From a virus (taxonomy: Duplodnaviria > Caudoviricetes), in the IMG/VR virus record IMGVR_UViG_3300031965_000013, positions 7,654 through 71,653 of that record: a stretch of DNA of 64,000 nt. One strand, 5' to 3'. Positions 33,107-43,216 of the stretch are shown here, one piece after another (the first letter of the stretch is position 1; each line of letters opens with the position of its first letter). The notes below the pieces were generated by a model. The model saw nothing but the letters and a program-made list of their open reading frames with translations, made no database searches and was not told the DNA's origin. The translations under genes were made by a program, and so were the position numbers.

Positions 33107-34804
33107 TTAGATCGTCACCCCGTAGCGAGTTGCCAGATAGGCTTCAGCCGTGTTGCGGTCTGCTGTCGAGAGCACGGTGGAATAGCCCACCAGACCGTAC
33201 ACGCGCCCCAGCAGATGCGAGGTGGGAGCACTTCCGGCCTGGCCGACACGCATCCCATTGACAAACACCAGGCTCGACGGATGGCCTGTGCCGTCGGCCG
33301 AATACACCCGCTTTTCATCTAGCGTGAAGGCGGCAGTCTGGACCTGGTTGTTCCAGATATGAGTGCTGTCGGCCAGCGATCCGTTGCTGCCCTGGTTGGT
33401 GCGGAAGCTGGTGTCCGTGTTGTCGCGTTGCAATGCCGAGTAGACGCCGGTGCCGGTATCGGACGATCTCGTCACCAGGCCCGTCCAGATGTCCGTTCCC
33501 GTGTCGATCTGGGCCACTGCGATAACAGTGCCGCACGGGGTATTGCCTACAGCATGTCCGAGGTTGTCATTCACCCCGTCCAGCTCCAGGTAGTAGAAGC
33601 CCCCGGCATCCTGTCTCAGGATCGGCTTGTTGGCTGCCGTGGGCTGACTTATGCCATAGGTTCCGGCACCCACCTTGTCCGCAAGCGAGCCGACGACGCT
33701 GCCCACGGTGGACTGCGTTCCGCTGAAGGCGCTGCCCTCCCACATCGTTGTTAGGTCCGCCACATCCAGCCACCACGCGGGTGAGCCGAGTTCGGCGGGG
33801 ATGTTTGACGTCGTAGGCGTCACCGCCTTGGTGGCACTTGCCGTTCCGGTCCCTACCGCATTGACAGCACGAATTGCTACACTAATCTCCACATCGTCAG
33901 TGAGCCCAGACACCGGGTAGTCCCCCGTCACAGTGTCACCAAGCGATACTCCCGCCCCGCCGTCGATCTGATATTCGAGGTCGGTGAGCGCGCTCCCACC
34001 ATCATCCGGCAGAGTCGTAACCGTGATGGTGATGTCCCCGCCGGTTTCGTCGTCGGCCACCGACCAATCGCCAGTACCGAACTGTGCCGGGACGGTGAGC
34101 GCAACCTGCTGCCACAGCGTAATGTCGACTTCGAACGCGCCCTTGTCGGCGGCGTCGAGATAGATCGCAATGCCGAACTCCTCAGCACTGGTAGATGCAC
34201 TCAACGGATCAGGCAGATCTCCGATGAACTCGTCATCCCACGTTTCGCCATCGGCGCTGGTCCGCAGCGTGTAGGTCGAGCCATCCTCGGCGATCTCGAT
34301 CTGCAACCAGTTCGGCCCGGCCTGCGTGCCATTCGTTGCAGCGCCGCCGTCAGTTTCGTCCGTCGCTTTGAGATTGGAGAAGTTGTTGCCCGAGACCTTA
34401 TAGGCATTCAGGCCATCGTTGCCGTCACCGCGCAGTCCGGCAAAGTGGTATTTCTTCGCTTGCTTGAAGCCGAAGCCCACCATGGCAAGGTCGCCACCTT
34501 GGCTCAGCCCGGAGAAATCCGGGTCATAGGTCATGGTGTAGAGCGCGCCGGCTTCCGGTACGCCTATCGAGAACAGAAACTTGGCGAAATTAGACGTGGT
34601 GCCGCCGACACGTTTGCCATTGCCATGGTTTATGATCGTCGGCGCGTCAGCAAACCCGCCGTCGTAGATCATGGTCCCCTGATCGAGGCCGTCTGCCTCG
34701 CCATCGGATTCCGATGGTTCGTTAACGGGAATCTCGCCACCGGCCGGTGGCCCGCGCCGTTGATTGTTCAGGCCGAGCCGCAGCCCTCTGGGCAGGCTTA
34801 CCAT
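33107..34804 (-). CDS. Virion fibre/receptor-binding protein (lectin-like, FN3, lectin-like domains)
   Basis: FN3-like DDGGSALTDLEYQID..VAIRAVNAVGTG; C-terminal WWLD..QPTAANKP..LELDGVND. Confidence 0.7.
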   Translation of the reverse strand: MVSLPRGLRLGLNNQRRGPPAGGEIPVNEPSESDGEADGLDQGTMIYDGGFADAPTIINHGNGKRVGGTTSNFAKFLFSIGVPEAGALYTMTYDPDFSGLSQGGDLAMVGFGFKQAKKYHFAGLRGDGNDGLNAYKVSGNNFSNLKATDETDGGAATNGTQAGPNWLQIEIAEDGSTYTLRTSADGETWDDEFIGDLPDPLSASTSAEEFGIAIYLDAADKGAFEVDITLWQQVALTVPAQFGTGDWSVADDETGGDITITVTTLPDDGGSALTDLEYQIDGGAGVSLGDTVTGDYPVSGLTDDVEISVAIRAVNAVGTGTASATKAVTPTTSNIPAELGSPAWWLDVADLTTMWEGSAFSGTQSTVGSVVGSLADKVGAGTYGISQPTAANKPILRQDAGGFYYLELDGVNDNLGHAVGNTPCGTVIAVAQIDTGTDIWTGLVTRSSDTGTGVYSALQRDNTDTSFRTNQGSNGSLADSTHIWNNQVQTAAFTLDEKRVYSADGTGHPSSLVFVNGMRVGQAGSAPTSHLLGRVYGLVGYSTVLSTADRNTAEAYLATRYGVTI

Positions 34805-34817
34805 GATGCAGTCCTTG

Positions 34818-35552
34818 TCAGGAGATCGTGCTTAGGGCGGGAAGCGCGGCGGGCTCTTGCGCCGGGTATACCGTGAACGTGCGAACGCACCAGTCGTCAG
34901 GCCACCACGACCATTCTTCAAGCGCCCACAAGGCGATTCGTACCGGCGTGAAATCATGTGCCGTGTCGTGGGTATCCGTGTCTGCCGTGCTGCCGTTGGT
35001 CGACATGGCGTATTGCCGCGTTGTGGTGATGTCGCGAGCAATAGTCGCTGCGCAGCGCTGCGGCTGGGCGAGAGGTGTGTTGAAATTATCGGCCAATGGC
35101 CCGAATGTGAAACCAGCCCCATCCGCGATGATTACGCCGGACCCACCACCAGCAGCGGATTCCACGGATAGGAACTCGGTTGATAAGTCAGGGTCTGCAT
35201 TATCAAGATAATATACATGCAGCCCGGCGGTGCTTTGCGCCAGATTGTCGTCTATGGGCTCGAACTCGGTGATGATGGTACAGCCGTTCGCCAGGCCATC
35301 CGACAGCACCGTGAACAGGTCTCCGATGGCATTCGGTGAATGCTGCCCAGCAGCCACGCTCGATATGTAGAGACCTCTGGCCTCGATCTTGCTTATATCG
35401 AAGGTGCCTCCGAGCAGATTTGAAACGGCCTGATGCGATCCGGCGTAATATACCCCGTTGAGAAAGTCGAGATACGCCAGCGCGCCGGCTGGCACATCGC
35501 CAGCCGCTGCAGCAATGCCTCTTTTGTTGCGGCTACGCAGCAGGAACGCCAT
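34818..35552 (-). CDS. Virion structural protein (beta-sandwich)
   Basis: Position; YLDFLNGVY motif. Confidence 0.55.
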   Translation of the reverse strand: MAFLLRSRNKRGIAAAAGDVPAGALAYLDFLNGVYYAGSHQAVSNLLGGTFDISKIEARGLYISSVAAGQHSPNAIGDLFTVLSDGLANGCTIITEFEPIDDNLAQSTAGLHVYYLDNADPDLSTEFLSVESAAGGGSGVIIADGAGFTFGPLADNFNTPLAQPQRCAATIARDITTTRQYAMSTNGSTADTDTHDTAHDFTPVRIALWALEEWSWWPDDWCVRTFTVYPAQEPAALPALSTIS

Positions 35553-36310
35553 CAGCTCACAGTCGCCTTGATGCCGAATATCCAGTCAGCTATCGAGCCG
35601 TCCTGGTCGGAGCCGTCATCCGGGGCCACAATGGTAAGAATCGATCCGGCATCTACATCCTTGAGCGTGCCGCTTGTCGTGGCCCATGTCGCCGCGCCGG
35701 CTCCGTCTATCGTCACCGTGCCTATCTCAACATCATCGTCGCGAACCGATATTTCATAGCCGGTGAAGTCGGAGAAATCATCTGGGTTCGTGCCGCCGCT
35801 GGCTACCGCGCCGTCAAAGTTTGCCGGAATGGTAATGTCCCGCAGAATGGGCACCCGATCAATAGTGGCACCTGCGGCCGGGGTGGCGTCGAGCACCAGA
35901 GTGAAATCGTAAGGAGTGCCGGTGACAACGCCGAATAGTTGGGCGTAAAAATTCCCATCACTGTCTGATGCGTCGGCGTCGAACGTTGAATCGCTGGTAT
36001 GATTCTGCAGAACGATGTAGACGCCATCGTCCTCGACGAACACCACGTCATTAGTGAAATAGCTCGTGGTCGCGGCCCACTCCCCGCGCCATGCGAATAC
36101 CGCCGTCGGCAGCGTAAAGGTGTACTGGGTGCTGTCGTCCAGCGTGATTCTGATCTGCGACTGACTCGGCTGGGTGACGTTGGCAATGCCGTTTGCATCG
36201 GGCGGATTAGTCTCGACTGTCGTGAGCCGACCGTCGAGATCGGAAATATTGCCGTCATGCTCGGCGACATTCAAAGGCCCGCCCTTGACGCTGACATAGG
36301 TGATCGTCAT
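35552..36310 (-). CDS. Tail fibre/adaptor protein with carbohydrate-binding-like module
   Basis: KGGPLNVAEHDGN; WRGEWAATTSYFTNDVV. Confidence 0.6.
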   Translation of the reverse strand: MTITYVSVKGGPLNVAEHDGNISDLDGRLTTVETNPPDANGIANVTQPSQSQIRITLDDSTQYTFTLPTAVFAWRGEWAATTSYFTNDVVFVEDDGVYIVLQNHTSDSTFDADASDSDGNFYAQLFGVVTGTPYDFTLVLDATPAAGATIDRVPILRDITIPANFDGAVASGGTNPDDFSDFTGYEISVRDDDVEIGTVTIDGAGAATWATTSGTLKDVDAGSILTIVAPDDGSDQDGSIADWIFGIKATVS

Positions 36311-36330
36311 GTGGTAGTCCTATTCGACGG

Positions 36331-37125
36331 TTAACTTAGACCTTCGCGTTCAAGCAGAACCGACAACTGTGCGCCGCCATCCGTGCCACCCTTCCGTTCC
36401 GTGCCGCCACTCAACCGGATTCCCCGCGCAATGAAATTCACGCCGACGCCGCCTGATGTCGTAAATGTGCCGGTTACCCCGGCCATCACGTATGTATGAT
36501 TAGCACCGATGTCGATCATGTTGATACCGGGTTCTTCGACCCCGACCTCATATCCGGTACAAGTAGCATACTTGCGCGTACCAAATCCGTCGATGCAGTC
36601 CGGCGATCCTGTGAAAGTATCGCTGTACAAGGCTAACTCAGCTTCCAAGACATCTAGAAACTTGTTGCTACTTGACGGAAGCGGTATGTCCAATTCAGCG
36701 CCCGTCGGCGGCGTCCACCGCAATGCCGGCCCGCTGACACCAAAACCGCTAGTACCGCCGCCGGCGCCGACATGCTGAAAATATCCGAATCCGAAGGAGG
36801 GCAGCGAGGGTAAAGCACTGACATCAACGCCCACTGCACTTGCGGAAACGAGCGTGCCCCATGTACCATTCACGCGAAGACGAATAGCAGTCACAATTCC
36901 AGAACTCGGATTATCGTATTCCATCTGTGCTTGTGTGACATAGGTATTCCAATAGGGAGGAGCCGGCTCTGGAACCGTTCCATCGCAACTCAAATCTTGC
37001 GCCGGGCTATTGTTGTTCCCCAAGTTAATAATGAATGTAATGTGCGTCGGGATTGACGACCACCCCACCTCGACAATCGCCTGCCACGGATCGAGAACGA
37101 CCGGATTGCTCAAACTGCCTGGCAT
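36331..37125 (-). CDS. Tail-tip associated protein, low GC
   Basis: VLDPWQAIVEVGW N-motif; position. Confidence 0.55.
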   Translation of the reverse strand: MPGSLSNPVVLDPWQAIVEVGWSSIPTHITFIINLGNNNSPAQDLSCDGTVPEPAPPYWNTYVTQAQMEYDNPSSGIVTAIRLRVNGTWGTLVSASAVGVDVSALPSLPSFGFGYFQHVGAGGGTSGFGVSGPALRWTPPTGAELDIPLPSSSNKFLDVLEAELALYSDTFTGSPDCIDGFGTRKYATCTGYEVGVEEPGINMIDIGANHTYVMAGVTGTFTTSGGVGVNFIARGIRLSGGTERKGGTDGGAQLSVLLEREGLS

Positions 37126-37517
37126 TACGCACCAGCCGGGAAGTCGGCGAAGATCGGTTGGTTGTCGAGTTGAACCTCGCTGCCATCGGGCCGCCGGTAG
37201 CGCGCCTGCAGGATGCGCTTAGTGATGACGTACTGCTCGGAATCTTCCGGGTTCTCGACCCGGACATCCTCAAGCTCCCACCAGATCGCGGTGTAGATTT
37301 CTGGTGCTGCGTCAGGCTCGTCCGGTGGGTTATCGTTCGGCCAAGTGACCCTGGTCGTTCCAGTGAACTGACGGGGAGAGAAATTAGCCGGCCCGCCGAT
37401 GCACACGCTGGCTTCCGTATCCTCGCCCGGCGCGCGCCGTCGCTTGACCAGCCGCTCGACGAGCCGCTGGGTGCGATCGACATAAAAGTCCACCAGGATG
37501 CCAGACGCGATAGTCAT
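37125..37517 (-). CDS. Tail-associated protein
   Basis: Coupled ORF in tail operon. Confidence 0.55.
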   Translation of the reverse strand: MTIASGILVDFYVDRTQRLVERLVKRRRAPGEDTEASVCIGGPANFSPRQFTGTTRVTWPNDNPPDEPDAAPEIYTAIWWELEDVRVENPEDSEQYVITKRILQARYRRPDGSEVQLDNQPIFADFPAGA

Positions 37518-39373
37518 GCCGAACTCGCCGCCTCGGTATCATAGGTTTTGGGCACCATCAGTTGCGAGACCATAACAGGCACAGCAGTCTCGAACGGTCC
37601 CGTATTGAGCGGCACCAAGTTGATGCAGAACTCGGTATAGATCGTGTTCAGAGCCTCTTCGACGTGCTTCTTGTCATTGTAGAACGCCACATTCAGAATA
37701 GCCTCCTGCTCGTTCTGTCCGCCATTCACCGTGATTAGATTACCGTCGCTGTCTGGGATCAGTATATGCGCCGGCGTCATACCGAAGAAGTTTACCCCAT
37801 CGTCGTTCGGATCGACGGTGAAATCGTCATAGGTGACGGAGCCGGAAATCGGCATGATCGTCGCCCCGCTATACGTCTGGATACCGGGCTCGAACACGCC
37901 CTCCTCGGCATAGTCCGGTGTACCCGCGACAGCAGACACCGTGTTGCCCTGTCCTATCGTGCAACCCAGCTTAACCGTGGCGCCGAATTGTCCGCTATTG
38001 GTGTCGCCGTACAGCTCGTACGCGATGATCTTGCCGGTGGCCTCGCCGCCCGGAATACGTTCGTCGGACACGGTTGCATTCTTGCGCAAGCTGAAATCGA
38101 TCCCGGTAAGCAGATCGGTTTCGGCCGTGACCTCGACAGCCCTGGCACGAAGCAATATGTCCCGCCGAGCCCGTGCGATCAGCCATTGCAGCGATTCCTT
38201 GCCGCGATTGGTGGTGAAATAGGAACGCCGCCTTAGATCGCCCAAAGGCGTCACGCCATCCGGATTGTCACTGTCCGCCGGTTCGACAGGCTCCCCGACA
38301 TGTGCCGAGGCGAAAACGAGCGTTTCGGGAGGCTGTTCATCGGCCTCGGTATCTATCGCCTGCACATCCGCCGTGAGCGTGAACGTCACGATCTCTGTGA
38401 AGGTTCTCTCGGCAGTGTAATTGACGTTCAGCACCGGCCAGAAGCGCCATAGAGGAAACTGCACTTCGGGACGGTTGTAGAGTTGCGTGGCGAGTCCAGA
38501 GAATATGATCTCCGGGGTACTGGTGATGAGGCTCCAGAAAGATTCAGCAATGCCGTCACCCTCGGCCAAACGCAGGCTCGTTTCGCCGAACTCCCAGCCT
38601 GCCCCGATGCGTCGGCCCTCTTCCGGCCACAGCCGTTCCACGGCTTCGCCGGTGTAGGAGCTGATCTTGTAGTTCGCGCTGGTGCCGGCGTCCTTGAAGG
38701 CGTCGATGAGCGTCTGGGTCAGGTCCACCGAGCCGGCCGCACGCTGCTGCCATCCCACTTCGCCCGTGACCTCGATTTCGCGGATCGGCGGCTGGCCTGG
38801 CTCGATGTTCACCCCATCGATGAACACGTCGTCCCCGGTCAGATCGATTGTCCCGTCCTCGCCGATGTTGAAATCGCTGATCGTCACGTCGTGAGTAACA
38901 CGGTCGATATGCCATGCCGCAGCACGCGCATCTAACGCGGCATCGGGGTCATCCCAGCGTTCCGCGGCGATCCACACCCGATCCCAATAAGGCGCACCCT
39001 CTGCCTTAAGGGAATCGGCAATGGCACGCTTGATGGTGTCATAATCCGCCGGACGGGCGCGGAACGTGAACGTCACCTCTTCCTGGTGCATATTGTCGGG
39101 CACGGCACGGAGCCGGCCGAAGAACAGCGGCACAATGCCAGAGCCGGTATCCCACGAAAACCAGGCCCACTGCTCGCGGCCCGGCGCCAGCGGCCCGATG
39201 CGAGGATTGCGCATCGTCACTTCGAGCAGAGCAAAAGAACCCAATATGTCTTCTGCATGACGAATGCGGAACGTGATACCATCGATCTCGTCGATATCGG
39301 TAGCGTGATCCAGTTCCACAAACGTGGTTTCAGCCGCGCCGACCCATGCGAAGTAGAACGGGCCAGCCATCAA
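37514..39373 (-). CDS. Tail tip/hub protein
   Basis: 619 aa; second gene after tape measure. Confidence 0.65.
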   Translation of the reverse strand: MMAGPFYFAWVGAAETTFVELDHATDIDEIDGITFRIRHAEDILGSFALLEVTMRNPRIGPLAPGREQWAWFSWDTGSGIVPLFFGRLRAVPDNMHQEEVTFTFRARPADYDTIKRAIADSLKAEGAPYWDRVWIAAERWDDPDAALDARAAAWHIDRVTHDVTISDFNIGEDGTIDLTGDDVFIDGVNIEPGQPPIREIEVTGEVGWQQRAAGSVDLTQTLIDAFKDAGTSANYKISSYTGEAVERLWPEEGRRIGAGWEFGETSLRLAEGDGIAESFWSLITSTPEIIFSGLATQLYNRPEVQFPLWRFWPVLNVNYTAERTFTEIVTFTLTADVQAIDTEADEQPPETLVFASAHVGEPVEPADSDNPDGVTPLGDLRRRSYFTTNRGKESLQWLIARARRDILLRARAVEVTAETDLLTGIDFSLRKNATVSDERIPGGEATGKIIAYELYGDTNSGQFGATVKLGCTIGQGNTVSAVAGTPDYAEEGVFEPGIQTYSGATIMPISGSVTYDDFTVDPNDDGVNFFGMTPAHILIPDSDGNLITVNGGQNEQEAILNVAFYNDKKHVEEALNTIYTEFCINLVPLNTGPFETAVPVMVSQLMVPKTYDTEAASSA

Positions 39374-39801
39374 ATTTGCTCAAGCTCGATCTCCCAGCCG
39401 ATCGAGGCCTCCCACTCGGCATTCGTAACCGGGCAGGCCATGATCATCATCGAGAAGCTGGGGCGGTAGTATGTGTAGTCGCCCTCGACGCGAGACGAGT
39501 CGGCAACTACATTATGGGCCGCCGATTCCGTCGCCGTGAGGTAGGGGATTTCCGTGGCACAATTGACGGTGACGATGGCGCCTTTGCGCAAACCGTTTAT
39601 CTTGGGCGCGCGTTGATCTGTGCATGAGATGATCAGACGGACCTTTTGCATCTGGCTCGGGGCCAGATTGCGCAGCGTGCCGTTCAACGTGCGGCGCGGG
39701 TAAATCGCCGCTTCGATGTCATCGAGCGTCTCGATCAGCCCGCGTGCCGAATACGGCGGAAGCCCACCGCCTGATATGGTCAGCAGGGTATCGTCAGCCA
39801 T
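39370..39801 (-). CDS. Distal tail (Dit-like) protein
   Basis: Immediately after tape measure; RRTLNGTL. Confidence 0.55.
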   Translation of the reverse strand: MADDTLLTISGGGLPPYSARGLIETLDDIEAAIYPRRTLNGTLRNLAPSQMQKVRLIISCTDQRAPKINGLRKGAIVTVNCATEIPYLTATESAAHNVVADSSRVEGDYTYYRPSFSMMIMACPVTNAEWEASIGWEIELEQI

Positions 39802-39804
39802 GTC

Positions 39805-42800
39805 TTACGCCCTGCTGCTCTGTTCGCGGCGGGCCACGCGCACCAGGGCACGGGCCACGTCGTCATCGGCCAAGACGGGGAATTTTCGGCCGGCAATGGT
39901 GATGTTGATGGGCTGGCGGGCCGTGCTGCCATTGTTTGTTCGTGCTTTGCGGACCATGCCACCGTCAGCGAAGGCAGGTACCGGCGACAGAGACTGCATG
40001 GAGCGGTCGAAGCCGTCCACAATGCCCCCAACGTTGAAGCCCCGCAGCAGGTCGTCCAGCGGCACCCGCAGCGAATTGAGCGCCGCAAAGAATGCCGGCC
40101 CGAAGTGCTCGACGGCAGCGGCCCGGATGACAAACTCGCCGTGCGACAGGCGGGCCATGATCGAGTCGCTCGTGCCGGTGCCAGCCCCGAACACCTGGCC
40201 GCCCTTACTGAAGCCGCCACCGCTACCACCTCCGCCCCCACCGCCCGAACTGGCCGCTGCCTTGGCGCTGGCAATAGCGGCCCTGAGCCGCGCCAGTTCC
40301 GCCGTCATGCGCGCTATGGCGGCCGTCACCGCAGAGGTGAGCCCGGCCAGGTCAGAACGTATACGAGCGAATGCGGCCGCGAACGCATCGGCGATGGCTT
40401 CCGCTGCGCTGGTGAACAGGCCGGGCAGAGTGGCCGCCGTGGTGGTTGCCTGTTCCTCGATGCCCGTGAATGCTTCGCCGGCCGCCGTGCCGAGTTGCGT
40501 AGTGCTGGCTGCTGCTTCCGCGAATGCCGCGTTGACGGGCTCTACAGCCGCCTGGGCAGCGGGAGCGATCTCGGCAAGGGATTCGGACACCTGGCCGACA
40601 GCGCCCTCCAGAGGCGCTACAGCGCCCCCCAGATCGCGCATGACAGTCGCAGTGGTGGTACCAGCATCGCGTGCCGCCGTGCCGACACCGCGCCATTCCT
40701 CTGGCACGGTGCGGATATGGGCCGCCATGCTGTCGGCGGCAGTCTCGACCTTCCCGCCTTCAGTGTCGGCCGTATCGCCAAGTTCCTTCGCACCATCGGT
40801 TGCGGGGGCGAAAGGATTGTCATGGATGGAGCGGATGTTGGCGGCAGGGCCGGGGAACTTGGAGATATTGGCGCCGGCCTCATCAACCGCGTTGCTGAGT
40901 TTGTCAACGTCGCCGGCTGAACGGCTAAGCCCCTTGGCATAATCAGCCGCCGCTTTCTCGCCAAGCGCCATCCGCTCGCGAGTCTCATCCACTTTGAGTC
41001 TCAGGTTGCGGATCGTCTGCTGATACTCATTGATGAGCTGCAGGGTGTCTTTAGGAATACCGAAAGCCGGATTGACCGAGCGAGCCTCAATCTCCTGCTG
41101 TACCTTGAGCATTGCCAGGCTGGCTTCGGCATTCTCCAGTGCAGCTTCCGCCGCTTGCAGATTTGCCTCGCCTAGACTCTGCACGGCTTCGGCTGCACCT
41201 GGGATCCCCTTGCGCGCATCGCTGATGGCCGTTTCCATCTTGGCGAGCGCTTCACGGTGAACATCCGCCGCTTCCGTGCCTGCCCCAAACGCCCTGCTTA
41301 CAAGATAGATTGCGCCGGCCAGCAGACCGACCACCGCCAGGAACGCCCCTACCGGGTTAACAAGCCCGGCAATGGCCGCAGCAAGGCCGCCAGTCGCTAT
41401 CAGCGCATTGAGCGCGATGAACCCGCGTGTGAGAAACGCGAGCCCGGTCGCGAACTTGCCCAGTGCCGTAATAAACAACCCGAGCGCAAACACGAACGGC
41501 CCAATGGCCGCCGCAACCCCAGCGATGACGATGCCCCAGCGTTTGACCGAAGCCTCGCTTTCGGAAAGGCCGGTCACGAAATCAGCTATCTTTTCCGCCA
41601 GTTCGACAACCACCGGCAGCAGCTCATTGCCGATAACGATGGCGAGATTGTTCAAGTTGTTGCGCAGCAGTTGGAATTTGTTGCTCGCCGTGTCCGCGCG
41701 AACCGTAAACTCCCGCAACGTCGACCCGGCAAAATCAGATTCACGCTCTACAAGTCCGAGCGCCTGATGCAGCGTACTTATATTGTTAACCAGCGGGGCG
41801 ATTGCATCGATCATGCGCTTGCCGCCCAGCGCCTGGAGTACAGAGGCGCGAACGTGCGGAGCCAGCTTGTTGATACGCTCCAGCACCTCGACAATCAGAC
41901 CGGCGCCTTCCGTCTGGATGCGCTTAGAGACCTCGACGGCATCAAGCCCAAGTTGCTGCCATGCTGCGGCTTGTGCCGACGTGGCAGATTCGCCGGCCGA
42001 AATTGCCAGGATGAGATTACGGAACCCAGTCGCAGCCTTCTCTGCCGGAACATTCGACGCCGCCATCGCCGCCCCGAATGCGGCAATATCCTTCGTCGCG
42101 ATGCCGGCGACATTACCGATTGCACTGACAGTCTTTACAACTTGCAGAACTTCCGTTTCGCTCGCCGCCATGTTGTTGGCGAGTTGGTTCATTGCGTCGG
42201 CCAGAAGCCGGACCTCTGGCGTCGTCAGGCCAAGCGATGTCTTGATTTTTGCGAAGGCTGTCCCCGCTTCCTCAGCGGACAGATTAAACGCTACAGATGC
42301 CTGCGCAATCAGTTCGGTAAACTCAAGCAATTCATCACGCGGCACACCGGCCTGTCCTGCCGCCGCTGTAATAGCCGCGAGGCCCTCTGCCGCGACTGGC
42401 AACCGAAGCGAAAGTTCACGAATGTCATCGCCCATTTCCTTGAACGCCTGGGGCGTCGGGAAATCGACAACCTTGCGGACATCGGCCATGGCCGACTCGA
42501 AATCCGTCGCTGCCTTGATGGCCGCCGTGAACCCGCCGACGATAGGCAATGTGATGGCAAGCGATAGCGTGCGTCCGGCCCGGCTCAGTTGCCGGCCGGT
42601 CGTCTCCAGTCGCTTGCCGACGCGCTCCAGGTTCTTCTGTGCGCGCTGCAGCGACTTGGTGAAGCCGTCGACGCCCGTCTTGTTGAGGGCATCGGCGGAT
42701 TTCTTGAGTTCACGGAACGCGACCTCGCCAGCGAGACCGAGGGCTTTGAGTTCCTTGCGAATCTCGTCGCCGCCCTCAAGCGCGATGCGCTGGGCAATCG

Positions 42801-42819
42801 TGTTCGGGCGTCGGGCCAT
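39805..42819 (-). CDS. Tape measure protein
   Basis: 1004 aa, Ala-rich helical; AATDFESAMADVRKV TP901-type core. Confidence 0.95.
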   Translation of the reverse strand: MARRPNTIAQRIALEGGDEIRKELKALGLAGEVAFRELKKSADALNKTGVDGFTKSLQRAQKNLERVGKRLETTGRQLSRAGRTLSLAITLPIVGGFTAAIKAATDFESAMADVRKVVDFPTPQAFKEMGDDIRELSLRLPVAAEGLAAITAAAGQAGVPRDELLEFTELIAQASVAFNLSAEEAGTAFAKIKTSLGLTTPEVRLLADAMNQLANNMAASETEVLQVVKTVSAIGNVAGIATKDIAAFGAAMAASNVPAEKAATGFRNLILAISAGESATSAQAAAWQQLGLDAVEVSKRIQTEGAGLIVEVLERINKLAPHVRASVLQALGGKRMIDAIAPLVNNISTLHQALGLVERESDFAGSTLREFTVRADTASNKFQLLRNNLNNLAIVIGNELLPVVVELAEKIADFVTGLSESEASVKRWGIVIAGVAAAIGPFVFALGLFITALGKFATGLAFLTRGFIALNALIATGGLAAAIAGLVNPVGAFLAVVGLLAGAIYLVSRAFGAGTEAADVHREALAKMETAISDARKGIPGAAEAVQSLGEANLQAAEAALENAEASLAMLKVQQEIEARSVNPAFGIPKDTLQLINEYQQTIRNLRLKVDETRERMALGEKAAADYAKGLSRSAGDVDKLSNAVDEAGANISKFPGPAANIRSIHDNPFAPATDGAKELGDTADTEGGKVETAADSMAAHIRTVPEEWRGVGTAARDAGTTTATVMRDLGGAVAPLEGAVGQVSESLAEIAPAAQAAVEPVNAAFAEAAASTTQLGTAAGEAFTGIEEQATTTAATLPGLFTSAAEAIADAFAAAFARIRSDLAGLTSAVTAAIARMTAELARLRAAIASAKAAASSGGGGGGGSGGGFSKGGQVFGAGTGTSDSIMARLSHGEFVIRAAAVEHFGPAFFAALNSLRVPLDDLLRGFNVGGIVDGFDRSMQSLSPVPAFADGGMVRKARTNNGSTARQPINITIAGRKFPVLADDDVARALVRVARREQSSRA

Positions 42820-42871
42820 TAGAAAATCCCGTCAAGCCGTGGTATGGTGGGGGAAAGCAAGGGAGGGTGTT

Positions 42872-43216
42872 GTGAGATTGAGCGGTCAGATTGCGCTCGC
42901 GGCTTTGGCAGTCGTTAGCGTATGCGAAGTCGCTGCAGCAGAAACGAAGTTCGAAGCGGGGCGTCGCGCCTATGCGCTAATGGAAGCAGGCGCGGAATAT
43001 TGCCCCAATCTTGAAAACACATGGACGGCAGGTGCGATGGTCATGGAAGGATACAGCTATGACCCGCTGGTGAACGATGCCGAGATCCACCGCCTCTTGG
43101 CAGAAAAGCAGAAATTCTTCGAAACGTTCCGGAGTGTCCCGCGCGCTATCGTATGTGAAATGCTAATGCAGGAGTTTGGCCCCGGCGGGCGACTTCATCT
43201 ATTCCAGTTCCGCTAG
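42872..43216 (+). CDS. Antisense moron, exported protein
   Basis: GTG start with GGGAGG RBS; signal peptide ..ALAALAVVSVCEVAAA; candidate promoter TAGAAA-17-TATGGT. Confidence 0.6.
   Translation: MRLSGQIALAALAVVSVCEVAAAETKFEAGRRAYALMEAGAEYCPNLENTWTAGAMVMEGYSYDPLVNDAEIHRLLAEKQKFFETFRSVPRAIVCEMLMQEFGPGGRLHLFQFR

Noticed and set aside
33107-39373. Diversity-generating retroelement or invertible tail-fibre system
   Set aside because: No reverse transcriptase, TR/VR pair, invertase or flanking inverted repeats seen
39716-42870. Long plus-strand ORFs (39716, 40105, 41257, 41783)
   Set aside because: Shadows of the tape measure gene; only the last 114 codons of the 41783 ORF have an RBS and signal peptide and are kept
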